Of a stretch of 64,000 nt of DNA, positions 24,772 to 37,550 are shown in pieces. Both the position numbers and the translations under genes were made by a program. The DNA is from Ramazzottius varieornatus (taxonomy: Eukaryota; Animalia; Tardigrada), in assembly GCA_001949185.1 (NCBI GenBank), contig BDGG01000014.1, positions 1,085,378-1,149,377 on the forward strand. Direction: 5' to 3'. The notes under the pieces were generated by a model. It was given only the letters and a program-made list of their open reading frames with translations. It was not told the origin of the DNA and searched no databases. The first letter of the stretch is position 1. Each line of letters starts with the position of its first letter.

Positions 24772-27700
24772 TTATCTTTCCAGTTTTGATCTGTTTTCAC
24801 ACATCCCTTTTATTCCTGCAAGCAAAACCATTCCGACTTGCCAAAGAAACGACGGGAAGAAATAATATACATTTTCATGCGAAACTTTCTCCCTTGGACT
24901 TACTCTTGGCAATTTCCATCAAAGCAAGTGTTGCTTTGCTATTCGGAGCTTCTTCCAGGAAGCTTTTGCCCTCATCGCAGCTCTTTCCTAAAACAATTAC
25001 GATCAGATACCAGTAAGTGACAACTCGTTTCCGGCGCACTCGCTTGTTGTACTGTGGTACGTGATGTAGACTACAGCTATCAAGCGGCTGCGACAGCGAC
25101 CTGCATACCGCACTTACCGATCAGCGGATCGAGAGGAACTTTGCCCAGTAAAGTCAGGCCCAAATCTTGGCACATCTTCTCGGCTCCACCAGTCGACGGA
25201 GGAAATATCACTGACTGTGTCTGCAGAAAAATAAAAGTATGAAAATATAATCCGAAGTTATTCAGAGATGAACACAAACTGAAAGCCGGGCAAACAAACT
25301 CGACCAAATCACTTTAGCAAGTGGCGCACGTTCCCGAACAGACTGGTTGATAAGGTGCGCCACTAGGAAAACCAATATGGTTTGCTGTCCCACGTGGCGC
25401 AAGTCCTTGGTGTTATTCGCTAGACGCGTGCGCTACTTCGCCCACTTTGGAGAACAATCTGATCGAGTTTGTTCACCGAGCTCCCAATCTCGTAAAACTT
25501 TTCGGGTTTCACCAGAACCGAAATTCCTGAAGTTGAGTTTGAGTGAAAAGTTTTTAGCGTACCTTGCATCTGGGACAGACGAAAGCGCTCATATTCTCCA
25601 CGACGCCCAAGATGGGTACTTTGACTTTGTGGCAAAAGTCAATCTCCTTGCGGACATCTTGGAGGGAGATTTCTTGTGGGGTGGTGACGATGACAGCGCC
25701 GTCGATGCCGGCCTTGTTGAGGTATGTGACGACCGACAAGTGCTCGTCGGAAGTGCCGGGCGGAGTATCGACGACGAGGTAGTCGAGTTCGCCCCAGTCA
25801 ACATCGCGGAGAAAGTTCTTGATCATGGTATTCTTCTTGGGTCCCCGCCAGATGACCGCGTCGTCGGCACTACCAAGGAGGAAGCCGATGGACATGACAG
25901 CCAAATTATCTTCCGCGTACTACGAAGAAATAGTTATGGAAGGCTAGTTAGAATACTTGGTTGCACCAGGCTTTTGACCGGAAGCTGATGGACTCACCAC
26001 TGGTGACCATCCCGATCCGCTTTGGTGGACCTGAAAGAGCATACCAGTAGTAATCGTTACACGTATCGGCAAATCAGGCATCACCATGACTGAAAAAGAG
26101 AGACTCGGACTGAAGAAAAGCATCACGCGCTTGAATGGTAAAAATAGAGACCTTCCCGGAAGTGCCGCATAAAGAACAGGAAAGATGGTCCCTACTTTCT
26201 GGATTACATGATTACATTGGTCCGTCGGGCTTTCTGACCTTGTAACTGGTATTTTACCAAAGTAAGGCTGCACGCTTGCATCGATTTCTTCTCGATGCAC
26301 AAGGTGGCCAGTGTCAATCTGTTCTTTTCGCCCATGACCGAGGAACAGCAAGACATCTTGGAGACGACCATAACGAAACTTCCTGGCATCATCACGTATG
26401 ATAGTACGACAGGCCACAACTGCACCAAGAAGACCAAGGCCGCCGACATTCTGGAGCTTCTTGTGAAAGAATAGGGCTACACGCTCGTCGGACAAGGCGG
26501 CAGCGCCCGCGCCCGCGCCATCCCAACTTCTATGGCCTGGCCTTTCCAATCCTGAACCCGCTGGAGAAACCCGCCATGGGCCAGTCAATCCGTTACATTC
26601 TTCGCTCACTCAATGGCTCCTTTTCTCGAAACGCCCCAGAAGGTTCCAACTTATCTGATCGTCTTCTGCTTTGTCTCTTTCTCCAGTCCAAACATCGCAT
26701 GCGACAACCGTATCAAAGGTACTTCGTCAAGGAGAGGTCGGCAAACAGCTCAACCAGATCGCTCTCCCAAGTGACGCACACGTGTGGTGTTACTGGCTGA
26801 GGACGTGCGCCACTTTTGAAGACAATCTTGGTCAAATCGCCTTACCGAAGTCGCACATATTTTCTGCGCAAATTTCTGCGACCCTCTGTGACTTTTCGGT
26901 ACAGTTTTCTTAACTATCAAATCTATTAAGCCCAACATTTCACACAGTACCTGTTCGTTCTGAAGCCCCAGCATGGTCGGCACCGAAGGTCCACAGATGT
27001 CCACGTCCAGCAAGGCAACCTGTAAACGGAAACATGCTTAATTCCACAGAGTCTAGATTTGTACTTTCGAAAGCCCAGTAAAAAGCTAGCCAGTGGTCTG
27101 TTCTGGGCTTAGGTTGTTGCCATGTGAGGGAAGGTGTAAAGATGGGGTAGCTTTTGCGGGAGCTGGAGCTGGCGGCTGTGTGGTTCCCGCTTCTCTTCTC
27201 CCTCTTCTCTAGACCGAGCACTCATCTCATGTTTGCACTGCTGGCAGCCAGCTCGCTGGTCCAACCATGTTTTTCCCTATATTTATACAACCTGGATTAA
27301 CGTAGCCAACACTCGCACCGACCACACAGCAAGCACCTGGGGCCCAACCTCCCCAGGTTCACTGCAGTATTTTGGCACTATGAATAGTCATTACACGCAA
27401 CTGGTGGGTGATTCGACTCGTCTCAACGCTTTTAACCGTCAAGCTGTCCCCGAAGGAGCTATCACTACCAGTGCACGGTGAGTACATCCCTTATGCTCTC
27501 TGTTTGAAGAATAAAAGGCAGTAAAGCTTGTCCGGAAGAGTCCAGGTTGATCTCTTCCGGGTTAATCGAAAAAACACAGCGAAATGCTAGTTTCGATCAG
27601 TTGGCGCATGACGTCATACCCAATTTGATTGAGTGCTCGTATATCGTTTACCGCCACAAGCCTACCTGTTTTTGATTAAATTGATTGTCGCCATCTTCTC

Positions 27701-28119
27701 GTCCGAAGTTATCGCTGGCCAGAGCTCTCGCTAGACACGTAGAGAAGGTGCTCTTTCCAACGCCCCCTTTACCGGATAGTACGAGAATTTTGTGCTTGAC
27801 GGGGAGCATCCTTATCCGAATTTGATCGACAGCTGGAAAACGGACGGATGAGTGTACGATCAAGATAAGAAGTCAGCTGAGTGGCGAATGGCGCAGCTTA
27901 CCGGGATCAACTTCCTTGGCCTTTCCCGAAGAACATATCTGTTGGTTTGGGCATCCAGCACAACCGGACGTTTTACCCGCTTCTTCACTCTGTGTCCCGG
28001 GACAGTCTGTAAAGGACACGGTCCAGTTCTGGATCCGAATATCAGACATTTTAAATATGCGGGAGATACATTCGTGACAGACGTGACTTACGTTCTGGTG
28101 CGTCCGTTGGAACGTCCAT
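24772..28119 (-). CDS. NUBP1: Cytosolic Fe-S cluster assembly factor NUBP1 (Nbp35), multi-exon
   Basis: N-terminal [25 protein letters not shown]; P-loop [11 protein letters not shown]; DVDICGPS; VIWRGPKK; [10 protein letters not shown]; [11 protein letters not shown]. Confidence 0.96.
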
Positions 28120-28343
28120 CGTGGTGTCCTGGAGTCCTCTAGTCGGAATCCTTGTATTATTGTCTTCCTCCAGAACTTCTAGACTAAGATAAAGTCAAGT
28201 TACTGTCGAGAACGTTGAAGGGACGCCTACCGGAAATCGAAATTTTAAAATCGTTTATTTTTCTGAACAGCTGATCACGTTGTGCGTATAGTGGGTCATA
28301 TCACGTCGTATTACGTTATGTCAGTTCCGCTGTGACGTCATAT

Positions 28344-30970
28344 ATGTATGTTTTCTTGTCTACGACTCTACGTCACTGCGGCTGTTCTGACGGTCGGTAG
28401 TTTTCTTTTTCAGGGACACTTCGCTCCTGCAACATGGCAGCATCACCACTCCCAAATGGTCTGACCGTGTGGCATACGGCACATACGGGCCACTGACCCA
28501 GTCGGGGGTGTTTCCCCATACGACAGAGTACCAGTTAGCCTACAACCGCGGTCCGCTCTCGCCCCTGCAGACCGTCTACCCGCGATCATGGACATACAAG
28601 CCGCACTGGTCCACGCCAGCCATGCTCAACACGGGCGTCCTCAAAGAGTTCCCCATGCCCGACAGGCTACGCTTCAACCTGGAGTACGCCAATCCCGACC
28701 TACTTCCCCCTGTTGCACCCACCCTGCCTTCCACCATGAAGAACGTCGAGAACTTGGTCTCGGCTAAACGGGACTCTTCGGTACCTGAATGGACGCTGAG
28801 AGACCCATATAGGGTCAACCTAGTGGACGCGCTAAGGGACGACCCCACAAGGCTGAAAGTGGACGCCTTACGAAAATGCCAGGAAGAAAGTCAGTAAGCA
28901 TCCTTTTGGGCTTTTCCAGCTTTTCAAATGGCAACTTTTCCAAACTCGACAAGATCGGTTTGGCAAAAGGCGCACGCTTCCAACCCAGTACATGCGAATG
29001 TGCGCCACTGGGGAACTAGGCCAGCTCGTTTTGTCAAGTGGCGCACGCGTCCAGCCGATATCACTGGAAGCGAGCGTCACTTGGGCAGACCATCTGGTCG
29101 ACTTTGCTGACTGTGAGCCTGTACTCGTGTTTACATCGGACGAAAGAAACACTGGAGGGTTTTATTGCAGATCAGGTGACGGACAAGAGGTTAGCGGACA
29201 CGAGGCGAAAGCTGAATGACCGGGTGAACGATGTAAACTACTGGAGGAAGGAGGTCGTGTCGGAGACGGAGAAGCTGGAGAAGGAAATTCGTGATGTGGA
29301 TCTGATGAAGCAGAGAATAGACCGGGAAATTGCCGAGCTGGATGCACCGTTAAGAGTCTCTCTGGAGAATACCGGTATCCGAAGGCTGAAAAAGAGCGAC
29401 AATGCCGTACTCTACTTGGACGGTGTCGACTACGAGCTAACCAAGGTAACTTTTCCCTTGACTTTTACGACGTCGTCTTTTTATATCTTGCAGCAAGCGA
29501 TTTTCCTGACAGAAGTTTTCATTAGGAGATCTCTGCTCTTTATAGGAACAAGATGCCATAAAGAATGCCCAAAAAGCTTACAGAATAATGGCCGCTAGCT
29601 TACAAGCACAAAATGGGTATTAAAGCAAACAATAATCTGTATTATTTGGAACACTGCCTGTTTCAAAAAATAAACTGAAAAATTCGGTTGTCTCCGGTCA
29701 GTGATGAACTGACATTTTTTTGACTTGCAGACGGAACAAAGTCCTTCTGGACGATTTGTATCGGGATAGTTCCGCAAAGCACACAGCGCTCAGCATCGAC
29801 CACAAATGTTACGGAATGAGGTTCACCTCACCGGAAGTCCGCGCTTATCCCGGCATCGAAGTCTACGAGAACACGTAAGACCGTCAATTTCTGACGTTTG
29901 GCCTTTTCTAGCCTCCAGTGAGAAAATGACTTGCTTGACCTTGTGACTGTGTGCAGGATCTCGACACCGAACAGCTGGACGCAGTGTTCCAACACGCTGG
30001 TTCTCCGTTCCCAACAGACACGGAAGGAGTCGACTATCCTCCGCCAGGAAGCCAAGAACCTCCTCACAAAGACGACCAACGAACTATGGAGGATATGGTC
30101 GAGGGTTAACGAGGCCTTCCGGGTCAAGATCAACCAGCTGGAAGATCACTCTCGTCAGCTACATCATCGTTACACCATAGTACGTATCTTCGTGCCGACT
30201 TCTTCAACTACGGTATGTTGAAAGGCTTATTCATATCCTCTTGTTTCCTGTCTTCAGCTCAACCAGGAAATCTGCGATCTGATACGGGACGCCGATCTGT
30301 TGAAACGGAACATCGAAGAGAAAGCCAAGCCGCTCAAACTAACGCAGACACGGCTGCAATGGCGTTCCAACCGACCGGGCTACGAGAACTGCCACGATCC
30401 AGCTCATACAGCGTAAGGAAGTCTTTTGTACTGTTGCAGCGAACTGCAAAGCACATAAAAAACGACGTAGCAAAAAACAATGTTTCTGATTTTCCAAAAA
30501 ATCGTTTTTTTGTGGGAAATCTTTTCAATCGTAACGTTGATTCCGCCAATATGTACAAATTTGCTTGTCAAGGCGGAGCCGAGCACGGCCTTGATAGTCA
30601 TCTCCATGCTGCCCTTTTTCTACGAGGATTTCTGTCACGTTGGTGCCGGGCACGACCTTGACTGGCGTTTCTGTAGAAAAGGGCAGTGGTAATCAAAAGT
30701 GCTGTAAAGCGCCACCATGGTACACGGATTAGTGATAATGGTCTGTGTTTTAGGATGCGGGATGGTCTGACGGAGATCCACCAGACGATCGCCACCCTCT
30801 CGAAGCAACTGAAGGACACGGAAGCCACCATCAACAACCTGAACTACGCCAAGGTTTCGCTGGAGCACGAGATCAAGACAGTCAGCGACTCGCTTCACCG
30901 CGATCGCGATCGCTGTTTGGCCGTCCGCAATGCTTTCCCTGTTTGTTTCCGTCCTTGCATGTCGGTATAG
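28344..30970 (+). CDS. Tektin family protein (ciliary/flagellar), multi-exon; start uncertain
   Basis: LNDRVNDVNYWRKEV...DAPLRVSLEN...DGVDYELTKE; STPNSW; PLKLTQTRLQWRSNRPGYENCHD (tektin RPNVELCRD-like nonapeptide). Confidence 0.88.
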
Positions 30971-31313
30971 TCCCTATATACCCTTTTTACTCTTTTACCG
31001 ACCTTCCTTCCCATTTTATCACTGTGTCCTTATACTGTGAACTGTCTGGAGTGCTGTCACAAGGTCGAACCATATCTTTGTCCTTTTGCTTTCGAAAACA
31101 AGGCCCATTACAAACTTAACATGATATTTTGGCGCCTTCTGTAAACGCCCGTTCGTTTAAAAACTGAAACGAAAAATCAAGATTGGAAAGCCCGACATTT
31201 TTAAATTACGATAAAATTAAAAAGAGATAAGAAATGGAAATCACCGAAAAAATCCGGAAACCTTTCAAAGACCTCAGAAACGGTGAATTTAGAAAGTTGG
31301 AAATGCGACTATA

Positions 31314-34300
31314 TTATTTAGGTTTCTTGACCAGGAAGCGATCTAGTGTTACAAAGCCTTTCTTCGGCCTTGCTGAGGGATCGTCGAGCCTTAACCTCTT
31401 CTTAGGTTTCTTTTCCTGTGAAGCGTTAATGGCCTTGCTGAGATCTTCGGCCACATGGAAGTCGCGATGATCCATCCACATGGGGCGACACCAAATCAAC
31501 TTCAGGCACCGCTCGCAGTGGAACAAGTCAAACTTGTCCTCTCCTGAAACACAAGACGTCAAAGGGAGTCAGCCATACGCACTTGCGGCATCCGCATACA
31601 AGAAACCGTATACTTTACTGTGGTTCTACGTATGCAGGTACATGAGCCAACCCATTTCGAGTACCTGCATACATTTCCCCATTGTATCGAGTATGCAGGT
31701 ACGGAACTCATTCCACGCACCTGCATACTAAGAAGCATAAATTGTGTCATGGTTTCGAGTATGGAGATGTACGTACCTGTTTGGCCGTCCAGTGGGTCCT
31801 TATTGGGATTTCCCACAGGAAATTTCAGCACCTTCCTTTGCGGACTTGGCGGTTCTTCCGAGCTTCTCGACGTCGACGGTTTGGCTTCTTCGGACTTGGG
31901 CATCTCTTTGTGCTCAGTCTCCTCCGTGAAGCTTCTTCTGCTTCTTTCTCTCTCGACAAGGACCAGTTGATTGCTGGGGAACTCTTCCTCACTGGGCACA
32001 TCCATGCTGTTCTCGTCGTCATCTTTGGAGGTTATCGGCACGGGCTCGCTCTTCTTGGGCGACTCCAGCATGGCCGACAAGCTTCTTCTGCTCTTCTCCC
32101 TTTCGACCAAGACCAACTGGTTACTGGGGAACTCTTCTTCGCTGTCTTCCTCCAAGTCTCGTTCCGCCTTCGTCGGTGAATCGAGCTGGAAAAAGTCTTC
32201 GTACTTTTCCCATACGCTGGCTTCGGGCTGGAAAAGAACAGACTCGTTAAACTCTTCCAACTTCTCCCACTGTTCGTGACCGTCCTCCACTAAAAAAGAA
32301 GAAAACCAACTAAGTTATTTCTCACTGTCAGTAAAACGGGTTATTCTACATCGTTAGAAATGTCTTCCTCACTGGCTTGGAGGAGTTGACCCAACCGCGT
32401 TTCCGTGTCGCTTTTCGACTCCATGTGCTCCGTCCGTACTTTCTGCTGTTGGTGATGACTAGCCTGTCCACCTTGAGCATCCTTTCGAGGTGAAGCCTGG
32501 TTGAGGTACTTGGTTATGGAGCCTTTCCGTTCTCGGACTTCCTTGGCCTTGCCTAGCTGTATCTTGCTCGCGTCCCTCCCTTTGACTTTCAGCTCCGAGT
32601 ACTTGTTTCCCGGAAAGATTTGCGAGTCATCCACTTCCTTCTTCTTCTGACCGCGAAAGTACGAGTCGATGCGGCTGGCTGTGAAACCACCGTCGCGCAT
32701 CTTCGATGCGGAAATGCCCAAGTTGATCACCGCGTAATGATAACGCCCACTACGAAAAGAAAACACTTTTCCTTATTTCGTGACCCCAAATTGAGAAAAA
32801 CATTACTGCCAAGAACGTAATCATACGGAAGCTCGGCACGAGTCGCCAGTCAACTCGATCATATCGTCTTCCCAAGTGGCGCACCATCTCGGTGATATTG
32901 GCTGAAGGCGTGCGCCACTTGGAAAAACGATCTAGTAGAGTTTCCAAGTGGCGCCCAACGCCATTCCTTACTGGTTGAAAGCATGCGCCACTGGGGAATA
33001 CGCTGTTTTCAAGTTTGTTTGCCGCGCTGTTAGCCACTAGGAATGAATCAAAATAACTTGTTGAAAACTGACAATTCAGACAAAGTATTACAAGTATTTT
33101 ATAGAACTGGACCTACTTTCGGTATCCTAAGGATGTCAGCAGACGGTCGGCCACCATGAAAGCATCGTAGACCATAGCTTCGTTATCATACGAAGTCATC
33201 GGCGCACATCTCGAACAGGACTGCCCGCTCTTGATCTTGAACGGGTCTTTGACGTACGTTATGGACACCGTCAGCAAGGAAGCTGATCGGTTGTTCTCCG
33301 CTTGGTCCTTCTTCAGTCTCACCTACAACTCAAAACTGCCCATCAGTTCAGTTCCGTCAGAAGTAAAAAACAATGCCGCAAGACGCTTACCGAGAGTTCC
33401 GAGACGAAATGCTCCATCCACTTCTTGACTTGTTCTCTGGTACTTAAGGCCTCCTTGCCCAGGAAGTTCTTGCTACAGCCTATGGACTTGGGCAGGTCCC
33501 TTTCCTGCACGGGTTCGTTGTCAATGCCCACAGCCAGACTGGCCAGCCACCTGGCCGTCTCTTCGCTAAAGTACTGCCGCAGTTTCGGCACTTCGACTTT
33601 ACACAGTTCTCCCATGGTGGAGATGCACAGGTTCTCGATGATAGACCGCCCCAGCTTGCCACCCAACATCCTGACGTCGATGATGTTGGTCTTGTTGAAC
33701 AGCGGACCCACCGCGTTGCCCGGAAGTACCGTCTGCTTGCGAGGCTTGTTCAACCCACAAGCCAGCTTCGACAGCGTCTTGCTGTAGGAAATGCCGCCCG
33801 AACAGTGGAACTCTGTAACATTTATGATGTCCTGTCGTAAATCCTGAAACAGCAATTTCTAATCAGGTTTGACAGAAAAGATCCTCCGTCGCCTTCTTGC
33901 ATACTAAACCAAACGCCAGGTAAGCGGTCTGTTGTATGCAGGTACGTGAAAACTAACGCAATGACTTTGCCCACATTCCAAATATTATCTTTACCTTCCA
34001 GATTTCAAAAAAGGATTTCTGGGACATTTGAAGACAGGTGTAGCCTATGTTGTGTTGAGACACGAAGTTGGAACTATTCTCATAGGAAACTATGAAGGAA
34101 TTGTTCCGCGCACTTACGTTGACGAGAACGGCGCCGATGGCGAGCGCGAAGTTGTTTAGCTGGACCGAAGATGCGACGAAAGCTTCGGGATCTTCCTCGA
34201 GCTTGAGGTACAGCTGGTCCAGCCAGGCTTCGACGGAATGCGACTCTGCGATGCAGGTGGATCCAAGAGCTTCCGGCGTCAGCTTGAGCTCTTTGCTGAG

Positions 34301-35024
34301 GTACCGAGGCAAGAGCTGCTTGACTTCTTTGGTCAGATCGACGAAGGCTTCGTCCACGCTAGCTCGTTCCACACAGTGGAAGTGCTTCTTCATTACTCTG
34401 ATCACTTCGGCACCCGCATCGCGATACCTGAATAAACAGATATAATACAAGCTGGGAAAACCTACATACACCTTCACGTAAAAAAAGACGATTCAGTGTA
34501 TGCAGCTACTTGACGGTATTTCATGGCCCATCCTTCATATCCCTGCATGCCCACCATTCTACGTCTACACACAAATGGAAGTATGCAGCTACATGACGGT
34601 AAACCAACCTTGTTAAATCAGCCTTTCCGTGTAATTCTGGTACGACGAAGACTTTAACCTCGGGACAAACTTCCCGCGCGTCATCAGCGTGATGAAATCT
34701 CTTTACTCCCCTCTCTCGAGCTTCGTAACTCAGAGCGATAATCCTGCGCGAGAAAGGAAACATGGGCGGACTAGCTCATGTACGCTGTTCAAGCACAGAG
34801 ATTTCCCCTCCATCTTACCCGCCACCTTTGTGTCGTGTCTTGTACTGCACAACAATGGCTGGCTTTCCTCTCCATTCCGGTTCGAGTCGTAGTTCCACTT
34901 GGACGTAGAAGCAGTCCATGTCGATAAGAGCGATGAGAGGGTCGATCTTGTAAGGATCATCTTCGGTGGCCATTAGAGATTTGGACGTCGACGGAGCCTG
35001 ACAGCGTTTACGTGCGTTCTCCAT
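31314..35024 (-). CDS. POLH: DNA polymerase eta (Y-family), multi-exon
   Basis: IALIDMDCFYVQVE; IIALSYEAR; GKADLTRYRDAG; ERASVDEAFVDLT; KLACGLNKPRKQT; PKSIGCSKNF; UBZ CERC...HRDFHVAEDL; C-terminal PIP-like TLDRFL. Confidence 0.95.
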
Positions 35025-35505
35025 AGCACCGAGCTGTTCTCCGCACACTTCCTCACCTTCCTCGGCGACCCTACAAAATATGCCGCCAAACAGCAGAACC
35101 CGAGACCAAACGACAGCTTCTAGTCGAAGAATCCCCACCAAAAAAGTCAAATAAAGATCAGATCCAAATCATCCAAAACATTCAGTGCGACTTCTTCAAT
35201 CAAAAACCCTCCTCAATCAACGTAATAGGCCCCTCTGCACCGGCTAGCTTGCAAATCTAGATGGTATTTAGTGCAACAAGCACGCCATGGTGTACCTCGG
35301 TTTACCCAATTCAAGGATCAATTGATCAAATCATCAAAATTGAAAATCAAAATCCAAATTTCTTTTTTGCCAATTTTAGACCAAGTCTTCGCCGACTTGT
35401 GCAGAATTTTCTTCAGCGCCCCTCTGTCCTATCGTGGGTGCCTTACAGTGAACTGGAAAGCCGAAACGCGCTACTGGTTTGCGGAGAGAAGACGCGGTAG
35501 CCGCG

Positions 35506-36694
35506 ATGGCGCTGTCGTGGTCAGGGCTGCCCGGTTGGCGGTGGTGCTGGCTCGTTACCGTCTGCTGCTTGTTTACCTTACCTTCCTTGATCATTCCGGT
35601 GTCCGGTATTGCTTTTCATCTGCCTCCCAACATTAGGAAGTGTCTTCGAGAAGAAGTGCAAAAGGATGACGTGGTGAAGGGTGAATTCGAGCTGTCAGTC
35701 GCGCCACAGGAAATCAAAACCCATCTTCATGTGAGTTTGACTGGAAGATAATGCTTGCTTTGTTGATTCATCATTCAACCACCGATGATTTGTTTTCATT
35801 TTTGTTCCTTTCCCGTGCAGATCCTGGACTCCAAGGGACACAAACTGTATGAGAAAGAAGACGCACAGAAGGGGAAATTTGCTTTCAGTGTGGAAGAGTA
35901 CGAAATGATCGAGATCTGTTTCGAAACAAAGTTTGACACCCGTGAGTAGAGCTTTCGTTTCCAGAAGGAATTCTGTGTTTCTGGTTTGTGTTGATGCGCA
36001 GTGCGCCACGTCACTGTGCGCGCTGGTGCACATTAGGCTTTACACTACGTGCGCAGGACGCCTTACGCGCACTGACATCACTAACCTTACACTCCATGGC
36101 AGCAACGAGCTCACGAGCACGATCGGCGCAACCGAGCAGCTTATGACACCCGCAGAATGCGCAACCGGAATTTCGCAAGTTTACCACTCTGTTTCTTTTC
36201 CAGCCTACGGGCGACCTCCGCCTCCTCCCAGAGAGATTTCGTTCCTAATACGGCATGGAGTGGAAGCTAAGAATTACGAAGACGTAAGTGGCTCCTAATA
36301 CTGCTGGTCCGAGAATTGCACGGTTGGGAAAATCGAAGAAGGATTTCCAACTGAACTGTTGTTTCATGTCATTCTGCAGATCGCTAAAGCTGAAAAACTG
36401 AAGCCGATGGAAGCTGAACTTCGTCGACTGGAAGACTTATCAGACGCCATTGTGGAAAGCTTTAACCACATGCGCAAGCGGGAAGACGAAATGCGAGGAA
36501 CAAATGGTAATGCGGACGTGCTCCCACGCAAAATGTGCGAAATTCTTACGATAAATTTTTCCTGTTTTGCAGAACAAACCAGCAGCCGAGTTTTATACTT
36601 CAGCGTCTTTTCCATGCTGTGTTTGCTGGCTCTAACCACATGGCAAGTTTTATATCTTCGTCGATTTTTCAAAGCCAAGAAGCTCATCGAATAA
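35506..36694 (+). CDS. TMED10: p24 delta / transmembrane emp24 domain protein 10, multi-exon
   Basis: Signal peptide; GOLD domain KCLREEV; [31 protein letters not shown]; TM and C-terminal [13 protein letters not shown]. Confidence 0.96.
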
Positions 36695-37088
36695 AATCCT
36701 TTTCTCCGCTTGTTCGCATTTTTATTTTCCCTTTGAAACAACGTTTAGTATCGCTTTTTGGCCAATATCCTCCAAGATTGCATCGCTGTATACTGTCTGT
36801 TTTTTATCCACCTTAGTCATAAGAATGGTCACCGAATACATTATAAGTTTTAGTCAAAAGAGAGACCACAACAGAATTTATTTCGCATGTTTCTCTTACC
36901 AACTAAAATCGATAGGACGAAATAAAACCAGAACAAAACGTCGCAGACCAAAACAAACGATAACGCAGGCAGCAAACTTAAGAATACTTAAGAAACAGAT
37001 CTGAAAAGGAAGCCAGGAAATCACAAGAAAAAGAAAACGCAAATCGACAGAAAACAAAAAGCATCGCAACGTTTATTCTCCAAGAATC

Positions 37089-37550
37089 TCATATAAGACT
37101 CATATTCAGGCCCACTTCATGCTGCCTCGCTACAGGTGCTGATAAATGTCCCAAGACATCCCTACAGTTATACGATTCTTCCTGTACGAGCTTGTTAACC
37201 AACTGAACGAAGAACTCAGGATGAAGGTGTCGTTTCAAGGCGCGCAACGTCTGCTTCTTGAACTCCCATCCGTGTAGACACCTTACTAGTATCCTCAGTG
37301 CCTCTTCCACCTGCCCCGTCCGTAAAAATGCTCTGGCTTCTCGGAGGCTACTGTGGAAGATGGCAATGTAGGAGCAGAACTTGGCAGCAGCTGCGCGACG
37401 CTTCTCGCGGGTGATCTCGTCCCAACTCTTACCCGATATCGCCTTCTTCTGGTACTCTTGGTAGACGTGATAGCTCAAGGCTGTGAAGGTGGCCACACTG
37501 GCGCTGTATTTCAGAAGCTGGTTGTTCAGCTGAAGATTCGGGAGAGACAT
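37089..37550 (-). CDS. Intronless divergent TOM20 (MAS20)-like protein
   Basis: N-terminal signal-anchor followed by basic residues. FHSSLREARAFLRTGQVEEALRILVRCL...TLRALKRHLHPEFFVQLVNKL follows the TOM20 pattern F..E..LGE.LL..G..E....L...L..LQQTLPP.VF..L..KL. Confidence 0.6.
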   Translation of the reverse strand: MSLPNLQLNNQLLKYSASVATFTALSYHVYQEYQKKAISGKSWDEITREKRRAAAAKFCSYIAIFHSSLREARAFLRTGQVEEALRILVRCLHGWEFKKQTLRALKRHLHPEFFVQLVNKLVQEESYNCRDVLGHLSAPVARQHEVGLNMSLI

